Shown here in pieces: positions 9,215-19,148 of a stretch of 64,000 nt of DNA; position 1 is the stretch's first letter; every line of letters starts with the position of its first letter. The stretch is from an uncultured Ignavibacteriota bacterium (GTDB lineage: Bacteria > Bacteroidota > Ignavibacteria > UBA10030 > BY39): contig CAMTVZ010000138.1 in the NCBI GenBank assembly GCA_947085285.1, positions 330-64,329 of the forward strand, written 5' to 3'. The position numbers and the translations under genes are program-made. A model generated the notes under the pieces. The model was given only the letters and a program-made list of their open reading frames with translations, ran no database searches and was not told the origin of the DNA.

Positions 9215-10327
9215 TTAAATAATTATTAATTCAGCTTTAAGAGCACCGGCTTCTTTAAGTGCCTGGAATATGGCAATAATATCGCGCGGTGTAACTTTAA
9301 GTGCATTCAGAGTTTTTGCAACATCCTGAACTGTGGCAGCACCATCGAAAGCCAAAATTCGTGATGTATCGGCTTGTGCCGATAGTGTAGTTATCTGAGT
9401 TACTACAGTTTCGCCCTGTGAGAATGGTTGAGGTTGAGAAATTACCGGAACTGATTGTATCTCGATATTCAACTGACCGTGTGTAATTGCAACAGGTAAT
9501 ATCGTAACCCGTTCACCAATCACAACGGTGCCGGTTCGTTCGTTCAATACCACTTTTGCAGTAACATCAGGGGTAACTTCGAGTAATTCTATCGACGAAA
9601 TAAACTCAACAATTTTTCCATCTTCACGTTTGTCTGGCGGAATCGTTATAGTTACGTTCGAAGCATCACGTGCAATAGCTAAATTAGATGAAAATTGTTT
9701 GTTGACAGCTTCGGCAATCCTCATTGCAGAAGTAAAATCGGCTTGCGTCAAGACGATTGTAATGGAGGTATCTTTTGAGACATTGTTTACAAACGAACGT
9801 TCCATTATAGCTCCCCCGGGAATACGTCCTGCCGCTGTATGATTGCGGCGAATTTCGTTTCCACTTTGCCTTACACTAGTACCTCCAGTTGATACCGAAC
9901 CTTGAGCTATAGCATAAACTAAACCATCGGTACCAGAAAGTGGCGTCATTAGCAAAGTCCCCCCCTGTAAACTTGTTGCATCGCCGATCGACGATACCAC
10001 AACATCTATTAAGCCTCCTTCTTTTGCAAAATTTGGTACCGAGGCGGTAACCATAACAGCAGCAGCATTACGCAACCGTAAATCGTCGTGCGAAACAGTT
10101 ATACCGAACCGTTTTAACATCGATGAGATCGATTGAACTGTAAATGTCGACCTGTGAGTATCGCCTGTTCCGTTCAAGCCTACAACGACTCCGTAACCGA
10201 TTAATTGCTGATTCCTGACACCGTGAATGTAAGCCATATCTTTCAGACGCACTGCTGAAGTGGTTGAACTTATAAACACAATGTTCAATAGAAGGAATAC
10301 TAAAATGTTATTTGTCAGTTTGTTCAT
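9215..10327 (-). CDS. flgI: Flagellar P-ring protein FlgI. I moved the start to the Met that opens the signal peptide (MNKLTNNILVFLLLNIVFISS). The ORF track extends it to 10465.
   Basis: The C-terminus reads IAIFQALKEAGALKAELIII. The signal peptide begins at the ATG at 10327. The longer ORF would overlap flgH by 122 nt. Confidence 0.85.
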   Translation of the reverse strand: MNKLTNNILVFLLLNIVFISSTTSAVRLKDMAYIHGVRNQQLIGYGVVVGLNGTGDTHRSTFTVQSISSMLKRFGITVSHDDLRLRNAAAVMVTASVPNFAKEGGLIDVVVSSIGDATSLQGGTLLMTPLSGTDGLVYAIAQGSVSTGGTSVRQSGNEIRRNHTAAGRIPGGAIMERSFVNNVSKDTSITIVLTQADFTSAMRIAEAVNKQFSSNLAIARDASNVTITIPPDKREDGKIVEFISSIELLEVTPDVTAKVVLNERTGTVVIGERVTILPVAITHGQLNIEIQSVPVISQPQPFSQGETVVTQITTLSAQADTSRILAFDGAATVQDVAKTLNALKVTPRDIIAIFQALKEAGALKAELIII

Positions 10328-10343
10328 ATTATCTCCATTCATA

Positions 10344-10901
10344 TTAAAACAGAAAGTGAAAAAGTTTTGTAATCCAACCTGGACCTTGCGAACGTGATAC
10401 AAGCCCGCTTCCTTCGATAACAATTGAAGCATCAGCGATGTTGTAAGAATAGATACTATTATCAACCTGAATATCTGCTGGACGCACTATGCCAGAAATT
10501 TGTATTTTTTGTTCTTCGCCATTAATAGAAGATGTTTTAGCTCCTTTAATTATTAGATTGCCGTTTGGCATAACAGAATCGACGCGGGCACTCATTTTTG
10601 CACGGATGAAACCGCGGCTCAATGTTCCACCTTCTCCTTTAAACTGGTTTCCTGTGCCGATGCTTTGTTCTGGAATCGGGATATAAACGTTACCGCCAAC
10701 AGATATATCGCTCGACCTGCTTGCTGAAGTTCGAGCATCGTTCGAGGCTGTAGTAGCCTCGACAATCAAAATTGTTACCAAATCGCCTACACGCGATGCT
10801 TTCTGGTCGGCAACTAACGATCGGTTAACACTCTCGCGAAAATCTTGCGCACTCACGACCGATGCAAATAGAGTTATCATTATAATAATTTTATTTTTCA
10901 T
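10344..10901 (-). CDS. flgH: Flagellar L-ring lipoprotein FlgH.
   Basis: A signal peptide is present. LVADQKASRVGDLVTILIVE matches FlgH. It lies between flgA and flgI. Confidence 0.85.
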   Translation of the reverse strand: MKNKIIIMITLFASVVSAQDFRESVNRSLVADQKASRVGDLVTILIVEATTASNDARTSASRSSDISVGGNVYIPIPEQSIGTGNQFKGEGGTLSRGFIRAKMSARVDSVMPNGNLIIKGAKTSSINGEEQKIQISGIVRPADIQVDNSIYSYNIADASIVIEGSGLVSRSQGPGWITKLFHFLF

Positions 10902-10916
10902 ATTCGTATCCTTCGA

Positions 10917-11609
10917 TTAATCCAATTTAATTTCTACTGTTTTGTTATTTAAGACAACAGCTTTAAGTTTTTTACGCGATCCGATTTCTTCGACAGAGAT
11001 TATTTCGTTTATATCAGCATCTTCTTTTGCAATTACTTTAGTGGTGATTTTTACATATCTTGTGTTCACAACTAAATCGAGAATATTATGCCGTTTAACT
11101 GCCGGTTGATTTTCGAGCGAGCTTCCGAATAATATACTTCCCTCATTAATTATACGACGCGTTCGCTTTCCGTTTAATTCAGAACTTTCTTTTATCACAT
11201 CATTCGGAAGTGTGGTTGTTTCGATTTTTTTAAATGTTATTTTATCGTTTAGAACAGTTTCGTTTCGATTTATAAAGGTGGATGCAACTAAAACATTTTC
11301 AAAAGTTCTTATTTTAACTGATACAATTAACCTACGATAAAGATTTCGGCCACATATAATTTCGATAGGTAAACTAATGTTACCTTTAAATGCACTTCCG
11401 ATTTCGTCAACAATTCGCAAGCTATACTCATCGCAGGGGACTGTAATTCTCGAAGGAATATTTCGAAACTCCACCAAAATTTCTTTTGTGGTATCGGTGA
11501 TGTTGTTTCTGATATATTTTTCGACGAAACGCTCGATTTGCAATGATTGAATTTCAGTTTCGCCCAAGCAAACCGAAGTAAATAATATGATAAACGAAAA
11601 TACTTTCAT
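10917..11609 (-). CDS. flgA: P-ring assembly chaperone FlgA.
   Basis: A signal peptide is present. The C-terminus is SAF-like. It sits between flgG and flgH. Confidence 0.55.
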   Translation of the reverse strand: MKVFSFIILFTSVCLGETEIQSLQIERFVEKYIRNNITDTTKEILVEFRNIPSRITVPCDEYSLRIVDEIGSAFKGNISLPIEIICGRNLYRRLIVSVKIRTFENVLVASTFINRNETVLNDKITFKKIETTTLPNDVIKESSELNGKRTRRIINEGSILFGSSLENQPAVKRHNILDLVVNTRYVKITTKVIAKEDADINEIISVEEIGSRKKLKAVVLNNKTVEIKLD

Positions 11610-11614
11610 TAGAA

Positions 11615-12403
11615 TTAGCGTTTAATATTGTTAGCCATACCCATCATATCTTCTACAGTTTTGATGGTTTTAGAATTTATTTCGTACGCACGTTGAGCAG
11701 TTATCATGTTCACCATTTCGGCGACTATATCCACGTTCGATGATTCGAGGCTGCCTTGCATCAACTCGCCGAATCCTTCGCTTCCTGGAAGCTGAATTAT
11801 AGGCTGGCCTGAAGCCGGTGTTTCGACATAGAGGTTGTCGCCAATTGAACGCAGTCCTGCGTTATTCACAAATTTTGCTAACTCGATTTGTCCGAGCTTA
11901 ACTGGGGCTTTATCGCCAGCAACCTGAGCTTCGACAACACCGTCGCGCGATATGTTAATGCTCACAGTGCCGGCTGGGAGAGCTAACCCCGGTTCGATAA
12001 TATAGCCCTGCGATGTAACGAGCATTCCGTCGCCCGAAATTTTTAATGACCCGTCGCGCGTATAACCGATTGTATTATCGGGCCTACGTACTTGGAAAAA
12101 TCCTTCCCCCTGAATAGCAACGTCAAGCGGATTGTTAGTCGGTTGTATGTCCCCCTGCTCAAAACTTTTCAGAGTTGCAACCGGAACTGTTCCGTTACCA
12201 ATTTCAATCTCGGTTGCCGGTTTAACATTTGGCGATTGCGAATTTCCACTAACCTGCAAAGTCTGATACATCAAATCCTGAAATTCTGCCCTGCTCTTTT
12301 TGAATCCGGTAGTATTTACGTTTGCTAAATTATGGGCAATGATTTCCACATTCATTTGCTGGGCTGCCATTCCAGTAGTGGCCGATCTTAATGCTCTATT
12401 CAT
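11615..12403 (-). CDS. flgG: Distal rod protein FlgG.
   Basis: The N-terminus reads MNRALRSATTGMAAQQMNVEIIAHNLANVNTTGFK. The C-terminus reads VNMITAQRAYEINSK. Confidence 0.9.
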   Translation of the reverse strand: MNRALRSATTGMAAQQMNVEIIAHNLANVNTTGFKKSRAEFQDLMYQTLQVSGNSQSPNVKPATEIEIGNGTVPVATLKSFEQGDIQPTNNPLDVAIQGEGFFQVRRPDNTIGYTRDGSLKISGDGMLVTSQGYIIEPGLALPAGTVSINISRDGVVEAQVAGDKAPVKLGQIELAKFVNNAGLRSIGDNLYVETPASGQPIIQLPGSEGFGELMQGSLESSNVDIVAEMVNMITAQRAYEINSKTIKTVEDMMGMANNIKR

Positions 12404-12430
12404 ATATTTTATCCTTTCGTTTAATTATTA

Positions 12431-13174
12431 TTATAATTTTCCAACTTCAATTGCTTTTTGTAAAGTCTCGTCCTGTGTTTGAATTGCTTTTTGATTCGAT
12501 TCGAAACTTCGGGTCATCTCAATCATCGCTACCATTTCGGCAATTCCATCCACATTCGAGGCTTCGAGATAACCTTGCCTTACAACACTCAGATTCTCAA
12601 GCGGCTCGATTGTATGTGGGATAAGATTCGAGTTAAAAAGGGATTTCCCTTCTTTCGATAATTTTGATAAGTCTGCGAAATCAACGATACGAAGTTTGGC
12701 TACAGTTTTATCGTCCAAGATTATCTCCCCCGATTCGTCGATCAATAATTTTGCTCGTTTGAGATTTTCTTTTTCTGGCAATTGAATTTTTCCTTCTTTG
12801 CCTATTACAGGATATCCTTCAGCAGTAACAAGCAAGCCAGTCGAAGTTAAATCGAAATGCCCATCGCGTGTGTATCTCAACCCGTTTGGAGTTTCAACTA
12901 CAAAAAAACCTCTCCCTTGGATCGCTACATCTAACTGATTATTAGTGTTATTTAAGCTCCCTTCACTAAAATCGACATACTGCCGGGTAACCATACCTGA
13001 GGTATCGGGTTGTCCATTCAGTTGTTCGACTCCGGTTTCCTTAAGTATTTCTGTAAAAGCCGCATCTCGTTTATAACCGGTTGAATTAATATTGGCAAGG
13101 TTATTAGCAACAATTTCCATATTCACCATTTTCGAACGCATCCCCGCACTCGAATTATAGATACTTTTTATCAT
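12431..13174 (-). CDS. flgF: Proximal rod protein FlgF.
   Basis: Rod N and C domains are present (SSAGMRSKMVNMEIVANNLANINSTGYK; MIEMTRSFESNQK). Confidence 0.8.
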   Translation of the reverse strand: MIKSIYNSSAGMRSKMVNMEIVANNLANINSTGYKRDAAFTEILKETGVEQLNGQPDTSGMVTRQYVDFSEGSLNNTNNQLDVAIQGRGFFVVETPNGLRYTRDGHFDLTSTGLLVTAEGYPVIGKEGKIQLPEKENLKRAKLLIDESGEIILDDKTVAKLRIVDFADLSKLSKEGKSLFNSNLIPHTIEPLENLSVVRQGYLEASNVDGIAEMVAMIEMTRSFESNQKAIQTQDETLQKAIEVGKL

Positions 13175-13812
13175 ATTCTTTCCTTTACTAATTTTTTGTT
13201 CCCATATTCATTAAGTTTTAGAGCTAAAATTATTTCACCATTACCGATGCCAAATTTTTTTGCTGCGTTGATTATTTGTTGCTTGCTTTTACCTTTGACC
13301 GAAATAATAATGTTGTTATAATAATTTTTTTTCGGTTGTGCTGATTGAATTTTTTGAATTATGGATAATTCACCATAACCGCGGCCCATCTGTTGAGCAA
13401 AGCGGACACCTTCATCTACAGATTCTACATCAATGGCGTTCGTGGCTACGATTGGTTCTGATGGAGGTGTTTCGACTTTTTGTTTAGTTATTGACTGAGC
13501 TTTAGTTTTCTTTTTGAAATATTTCATAACGCCGAGTAGCATAATTCCATTCAAACCCAAGACTATTAAGATTGAAATGGTAAGTAAAACGATAAAGTTG
13601 TTTGGGTTTTCGATTATATTTTGATTAGATGATTTGTCAGAAACTTTTACTGTAGAATAAGGGACAGAATATTTTTCGGCAAAAATATATTTTTTAACTG
13701 CATCCGAACCGCAGGTAGATGCAGCAAAACAAATATTGCTGATTATAAACAGAATCGTAATTACAAGCAATGGTGAAGAAAATATTTTTATGTAATTTGT
13801 TTTATTAACCAT
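13171..13812 (-). CDS. Hypothetical membrane protein with a signal/TM segment, a second TM segment, and two C-terminal helix-extension-helix-like repeats.
   Basis: The repeats are VDEGVRFAQQMGRGYGELSIIQKIQ and QIINAAKKFGIGNGEIILALKL. It is translationally coupled between the GAF kinase and flgF. I do not recognise a family. Confidence 0.4.
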   Translation of the reverse strand: MVNKTNYIKIFSSPLLVITILFIISNICFAASTCGSDAVKKYIFAEKYSVPYSTVKVSDKSSNQNIIENPNNFIVLLTISILIVLGLNGIMLLGVMKYFKKKTKAQSITKQKVETPPSEPIVATNAIDVESVDEGVRFAQQMGRGYGELSIIQKIQSAQPKKNYYNNIIISVKGKSKQQIINAAKKFGIGNGEIILALKLNEYGNKKLVKERI

Positions 13813-15181
13813 TGTTTTTCCTTGTTGGTAGAGTAATTATAAAAGTAGTTCCTTTATCAATTTCGCTATATACTTGAATGTTTCCTTTGTGTTGATTGAT
13901 AATTCTTCTTGATATAGACAAGCCTAATCCGGTACCTTGATCTTTTGTTTTTGTAGTAAAAAATGGTAAAAATACTTTTTCCAAATTCTCCACAGAAATC
14001 CCTTTACCATTATCAGAAAATTTTATTACGACAAAATTGTTAACTAATTCAGAAGAAATACAAATCAAGCCCCCCTGAGGCATTGCGTCGCGGGCATTAA
14101 TCAACAGGTTCATGAACACTAGCTGAAGGTAAGTCGACTTACCAAAAATTGCCGGAATGTTTTGAGCCAAATTTAATTCAATCTTGATATTTAAGTAGGT
14201 AAAATCTTTTCTTACTGTATCTACTGCATTGCAAATAACATCATTTATTTTGACTATTTCAAAATCATTACCATACGAATCATCGCGGCAAAAATCTAAC
14301 AAGCGTTTCGAAATTAAAACGAGTTGTTCAATTTTTTGAGAGAATAAATCGATCCAATTTTCAGGTAGCAAGCCCCGTTTAGCCAAATCGAGTTGGAACA
14401 TCAAGTATTGAACGGGGGTTCGCATTTCGTGCATGATGCTGGCGGCTAACTCGCCCACGGCGGCAAGCTTCGATACTTGAATCATTCTTTCCTGCGACGA
14501 TTTAATTTCCTCGTTTGCCGAAATTAATTCTTGGTAAGTTCTCCAATTTTCGATTCCTACGGCAGCAAAATTTGTGAGCACCGATAAAAGTTGTATATCG
14601 AAATGTGAGAAACCTTGTTGTGGTTTTTCGGTATGAATTACATAAATACCGATTGGTTCGTTACGAATAATCAATGGAACAATAACAAAATTCCTTGTAG
14701 TATTTATATTGGTCAGATGATTTAAATCTGGAATAATTACAGTCTTTTTCTCAGATAAAACCCAATCCACAATTCCCGATTCGAGCTGCAGGTTTGCTTG
14801 TTTTTCTAAACCATTCATTTCTCTTTTTAAAAATGGTTCTAATTTATTCGTTTTTCGAGTGAATAAAAAAATATTTGAATCGACAACTGGAATAACCTGC
14901 TTAGTGAGTTCAATTAATGTATCGATTAACTTTCCAGGTTCAACCGAAGTGCTGATAACGTTCGAGAGACGTTGTAGAGCAATTATTTCTTCAAACGATT
15001 GCTTCAACTCGATGTTGCTTTCAGTGCGGCGATTAATTTCGAGTTTTAAAACCTCTATAGTTTTTTCAAGTCCTTTTATGTAAGTTTCTCGACTCTCAAC
15101 AAACTGTTCGAAATTTTCAAGCACTTCGTTCGTTAAAGCATTCGGTGTTATATTTTGAAATATTTGTGTTGGATTGTTCAT
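13805..15181 (-). CDS. Cytoplasmic sensor histidine kinase with a GAF domain, HisKA and HATPase_c.
   Basis: The H-box reads ELAASIMHEMRTP. The G-boxes read DNGKGIS and GTGLGLSISRRI. There is no N-terminal TM segment. Confidence 0.8.
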   Translation of the reverse strand: MNNPTQIFQNITPNALTNEVLENFEQFVESRETYIKGLEKTIEVLKLEINRRTESNIELKQSFEEIIALQRLSNVISTSVEPGKLIDTLIELTKQVIPVVDSNIFLFTRKTNKLEPFLKREMNGLEKQANLQLESGIVDWVLSEKKTVIIPDLNHLTNINTTRNFVIVPLIIRNEPIGIYVIHTEKPQQGFSHFDIQLLSVLTNFAAVGIENWRTYQELISANEEIKSSQERMIQVSKLAAVGELAASIMHEMRTPVQYLMFQLDLAKRGLLPENWIDLFSQKIEQLVLISKRLLDFCRDDSYGNDFEIVKINDVICNAVDTVRKDFTYLNIKIELNLAQNIPAIFGKSTYLQLVFMNLLINARDAMPQGGLICISSELVNNFVVIKFSDNGKGISVENLEKVFLPFFTTKTKDQGTGLGLSISRRIINQHKGNIQVYSEIDKGTTFIITLPTRKNNG

Positions 15182-16062
15182 TGAACACTCTCTTGAACTT
15201 GCACTGTATTGTTCTTTAAATTTTCTAAGTCGGTCTTAAAAATGTTTGTATATTTTTGAATAAACAAGTCTTGCTGTTCTTGAGTCTGCAAACCAAGAAC
15301 CTGAAGAGCCTCTCTATTAAAGTCGAGTTTTCCATCAAAGATAATCCCATCACATCCAACCTCTGATGCAAAAACGTCAGCAACATGTAGTAGCACAGTC
15401 ATTTCCTGATTTCGCTCCATCTTTGTTGGGTTATGATGATTTTTAATAGCATCAACTAAAGAATCGGGGAGGTTCCACCTTTCGGCAAGCCAACCTCCAA
15501 CTTGGGCATGCGATACGCCCAAAATTTTTTCTTCGGCTTCTAAGTAAGATACATTATATTTTTTTGCCAGCTTGATTATAGCTCTGAATTCATCTGGAAA
15601 ATATTTATGCAGCACCGAGATCCCCATATCGTGCAGCAGCCCTGCAACAAATAACTCCCCCGATACTCGATAGCCCACATCGCGGGCTAAACGGCGTGCA
15701 ATAACCGCGCTCGAAATCGAATGGTCCCAATAATTTTTTGCATCAAAATACTCGTCCGATTCCTGTTGTAGTGCATTCACCATAGCCACACTCATCACAA
15801 TTTCGCGTAAAGTTTCGAACCCAAGTATTATAATTGCAAATTCGATAGTAGAAATTTTTTTTGGAAAACCATAAAAGGGAGAATTACTTATCTTCAGCAC
15901 CTTTGCTGTTAATGATTGATCGGTAGATATAACTGCGCCAAGCTGAGCGGCACTCGTCTTGGGATTGTCCAAAAGTTGGGCTATCTCCAATGCAACAGAG
16001 GACAATGCGGGCAAATGAATAATTTTTTTAACTCTCTCACGTATTTGTAAAGGGCTTAGCAT
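15178..16062 (-). CDS. HDOD domain protein.
   Basis: LPALSSVALEIAQLLDNP...VISTDQSLTAKVLKISNSPFYGF is an HDOD signature. It lies directly downstream of fliA. Confidence 0.8.
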   Translation of the reverse strand: MLSPLQIRERVKKIIHLPALSSVALEIAQLLDNPKTSAAQLGAVISTDQSLTAKVLKISNSPFYGFPKKISTIEFAIIILGFETLREIVMSVAMVNALQQESDEYFDAKNYWDHSISSAVIARRLARDVGYRVSGELFVAGLLHDMGISVLHKYFPDEFRAIIKLAKKYNVSYLEAEEKILGVSHAQVGGWLAERWNLPDSLVDAIKNHHNPTKMERNQEMTVLLHVADVFASEVGCDGIIFDGKLDFNREALQVLGLQTQEQQDLFIQKYTNIFKTDLENLKNNTVQVQESVQ

Positions 16063-16064
16063 TT

Positions 16065-16784
16065 TTAATTACTCTCCATAGTTTTTCGTAGTTCTGATAT
16101 AATTCTTGAATGGATTTGAGCTACACGCCCTTCCGATATTTTCATAATTTTTCCGATCTCTGAATATGTCAATTCTTCATAATAGTATAGCGTAATAACA
16201 TCACGGTCGCGTTGCGGAAGTTGAGCTATTGCATCGATTAAACGATCTTTCTCTTCTTCAATGCGTAGCTTTTCGTATGGATCTGTTTCAATCTCGTCCG
16301 AGACAATATTCACACCTTCCTCTTCATCATCATGTAGTTTGATTTTTTCCATATTAACTAATCTCAATGTTGAGTTCTGAAAATTTTCATCAATTTCTTC
16401 TGAATATTCTCCACAATTGAACTTCTGTTCATTTCTTTCGATAGCTAGTTGTGCTTCGCGTTCTTTTTTTCTGACTGACCGTGGAACCCAGTCTAATTTC
16501 CTAAGTTCGTCTCGTATAGTTCCCCGTATTCTGATAATGGCATAAGTTTCGAACTTCACCCCTTTCGAAGCATCAAACTTTTCGAAAGCATCCAGTAAAC
16601 CAATCATTCCAAATTGGATTAAATCATTTTCTTCTAATATCGAAGTACCAGTTGTGATAGGTAAATTATATTTCCACACAGCATAGTTTACAAGCTTGCT
16701 GTATTCTTTAACTAATTCATCTCTCACTTCAATTGATTTTGTTTCTGAATACAATTCGATTATTTTGTAGTTATCCTTTTCCAT
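16065..16784 (-). CDS. fliA: Flagellar sigma factor FliA (sigma-28).
   Basis: The region 2 motif reads LIQFGMIGLLDAFEKFD. The region 4 HTH reads LTYSEIGKIMKISEGRVAQIHSRII. Confidence 0.85.
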   Translation of the reverse strand: MEKDNYKIIELYSETKSIEVRDELVKEYSKLVNYAVWKYNLPITTGTSILEENDLIQFGMIGLLDAFEKFDASKGVKFETYAIIRIRGTIRDELRKLDWVPRSVRKKEREAQLAIERNEQKFNCGEYSEEIDENFQNSTLRLVNMEKIKLHDDEEEGVNIVSDEIETDPYEKLRIEEEKDRLIDAIAQLPQRDRDVITLYYYEELTYSEIGKIMKISEGRVAQIHSRIISELRKTMESN

Positions 16785-16791
16785 TTTTGAA

Positions 16792-17025
16792 TTATTTTAT
16801 TTTGGTCTCGCTTTTATTTGCTTGATTTTGAGTACCATTTATACTCCCTCGATCGTTCACCAACAATCTAACTGTGAGCACAACTAATACCCCTGCAGCT
16901 ATAACACCCACAAAAATTATGAATGAACGCGAAAGGAGTTCAACAATCGAAATTTCCTGTAATCCAAAATAGACTATCGAAATGCAAAATGTGAGAATGC
17001 CTATTTGAAATATAACTTTATTCAT
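16792..17025 (-). CDS. Small two-TM membrane protein, function unknown.
   Basis: A 77 aa ORF with two hydrophobic spans. It fills the flhG-fliA gap exactly. Confidence 0.4.
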   Translation of the reverse strand: MNKVIFQIGILTFCISIVYFGLQEISIVELLSRSFIIFVGVIAAGVLVVLTVRLLVNDRGSINGTQNQANKSETKIK

Positions 17026-17026
17026 A

Positions 17027-17878
17027 TTATTTTACTGCCCATAAATTTGATTTAATTGATGAATTTAAAAATTTGTCTGCTATCCGTCCGGCTGATAATG
17101 AAAAAGCAGAATTAGGATATTCCTTAACAACCATCTTTTGGTTCAGCACTGTTTTTTGAACGTGGTAGTCGGCGGGAATAATTCCTATATACGGAATGTT
17201 TAAATTGAGAAATTTTTTCAGGGCAAGCTGAAGGTTTGAAACAGCCCTCTCGGCATCGGACTGGTTAATAACGTTGTTAACTAAAATTTTTATTTCAGAA
17301 TTTTTATTTGTTAGTGCTATTACTTTAATCAATGCATAAGCATCTACAATAGATGTAGGCTCTGAATTAGTAACTATAATTGTGTAATCCGAATGAGTTG
17401 CGTAGGCAACAATTTCTTTAGAGATACCCGCTGAAGTATCTATAAAGATATAATCGAATCTATTTTTTAAAAATTTAATTTTTTCGATTAAACGTAGCTG
17501 CATTTTTTCGTCAAATTGTGGGAAATCTAATTCACCTGAACTACCTGGAATAAGGAATAAATTAGGTGAGGGGGAAACCATTATATCTTCCAATTCTAAA
17601 TCGCCTCTTAACACCGAACTAATTTTAAATTTTGTTGATATCCCGAACAAGACATCGAGGTTTGCTAAATTTGAATCGGCATCGAAGAGACATACCGACT
17701 TACCCGCCTCGGCGAGTTTGGATGCAAGGTTTGCCGAAATTGTGCTTTTACCTACACCCCCTTTACCACTGGTAATTGTTACCATCTGTGAAGTAGTTGT
17801 TTTACTAGAAATTTGATATTTGTCGACTATGCGGCGCAAATTTTCAGCTTGGTCGTATGTAGCTACCGAGTTATGCAT
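17027..17878 (-). CDS. flhG: MinD-like ATPase FlhG (FleN/YlxH).
   Basis: The deviant Walker A reads ITSGKGGVGKSTISANLA. It follows flhF. Confidence 0.85.
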   Translation of the reverse strand: MHNSVATYDQAENLRRIVDKYQISSKTTTSQMVTITSGKGGVGKSTISANLASKLAEAGKSVCLFDADSNLANLDVLFGISTKFKISSVLRGDLELEDIMVSPSPNLFLIPGSSGELDFPQFDEKMQLRLIEKIKFLKNRFDYIFIDTSAGISKEIVAYATHSDYTIIVTNSEPTSIVDAYALIKVIALTNKNSEIKILVNNVINQSDAERAVSNLQLALKKFLNLNIPYIGIIPADYHVQKTVLNQKMVVKEYPNSAFSLSAGRIADKFLNSSIKSNLWAVK

Positions 17879-19148
17879 TTTCTAAAACACTTTTTAAAAT
17901 TAAATTTGCAATATGACTAGCCTCAGCTTTCATGATATCATCTGGAACGGATTGTCCGGTTGTTAAGTATGAAATCGGCAAACTATTGGATTGAGTAATA
18001 TTTAAGATTGACCCCATACCTGCAACCTCGTCGAGCTTTGAGAGAATTAATAAGTTGGGATTCAGCGTTTTATAATTTGCTATTATTTGATTGACCGCCA
18101 TTCTGTCGGTAACTGCACTCACTACAAGGTGAATTTCGTCGGGATTAGCTGCACTTACTAATTTTGCAAGCTCGTTTATTTCTTTTGTGTTCTTCTGATT
18201 TCTACCGACTGTATCAATGAATACAATATCTTTGTCTTTAAATTTTCGTAGTACCTTCGAAATTTCTGACGCACGATAAATGATTTCGATTGGAATATCG
18301 GCAATAGCGGCAAAGGTTTTAAGTTGTTCGATTGCTCCTATCCGATAAGTATCTACGGAAATGAGAGCAACATTTTGCCCGTCTAATATTTTATAGTTTG
18401 CTGCCAATTTTGCAATCGTAGTGGTTTTGCCAACACCGGTTGGACCTACAAGAGCAACGACTTTCGGTTTGCCAATAGTTTTATTAAAAGAAGTTCGAGT
18501 GTAAATATTTGTTGTAATGTTCTTCAACAATGCATCTTCAACGGCTTTCTCGTTTAACAAATCTTCGCCGCTTAAGCGGGCATAAACATTTTGAACCAAA
18601 TCGGCAGCTAATTTTTCGTCAACTCCTTGTTCGACAAGTCCTGCGTGAATGCTTTTCAAATTTTCTGGAAGCACTGGCATATTGGAATATTTCATTTGCT
18701 TCACTATTTCAGCAAGGGTCAATTTAATTTCATCGAACTCATCCTTCAATTTTATCATGTCGAAATAATTCCCCCCTTGTATAATATTAGGTTTAGGTCC
18801 ATTGGTATTTTGTAGTTTTTGTTGAAATAGTTCGGCTACGTTTTTTATACCTTCTACAGTATTGTTTACCATCCTCCCCTCCATATTATACATATTCACA
18901 TCATTACCTCTCAAAAGTTGTTTAGAATTTTTATCTAAATTGCTCGACGTGTAGGAATTATATTTTGGGCAAACGTCGTCATCAACAGCAGCAGTAATAA
19001 CATATTCTTCGCTATTTAGAAAATTTAATATTCCCCCACGTTTTATTTTGTTAGTTTCCAAAATAATAGCATCCGAACCGAATTCTTTTTTCATAAGATC
19101 GATTGCTTGTTTAATAGAATTTCCTTTAAATTTTCTAATATTCATCAT
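17871..19148 (-). CDS. flhF: SRP-type GTPase FlhF.
   Basis: VALVGPTGVGKTTTIAKLAA and DTYRIGAIEQL match the FlhF family. Confidence 0.85.
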   Translation of the reverse strand: MMNIRKFKGNSIKQAIDLMKKEFGSDAIILETNKIKRGGILNFLNSEEYVITAAVDDDVCPKYNSYTSSNLDKNSKQLLRGNDVNMYNMEGRMVNNTVEGIKNVAELFQQKLQNTNGPKPNIIQGGNYFDMIKLKDEFDEIKLTLAEIVKQMKYSNMPVLPENLKSIHAGLVEQGVDEKLAADLVQNVYARLSGEDLLNEKAVEDALLKNITTNIYTRTSFNKTIGKPKVVALVGPTGVGKTTTIAKLAANYKILDGQNVALISVDTYRIGAIEQLKTFAAIADIPIEIIYRASEISKVLRKFKDKDIVFIDTVGRNQKNTKEINELAKLVSAANPDEIHLVVSAVTDRMAVNQIIANYKTLNPNLLILSKLDEVAGMGSILNITQSNSLPISYLTTGQSVPDDIMKAEASHIANLILKSVLENA

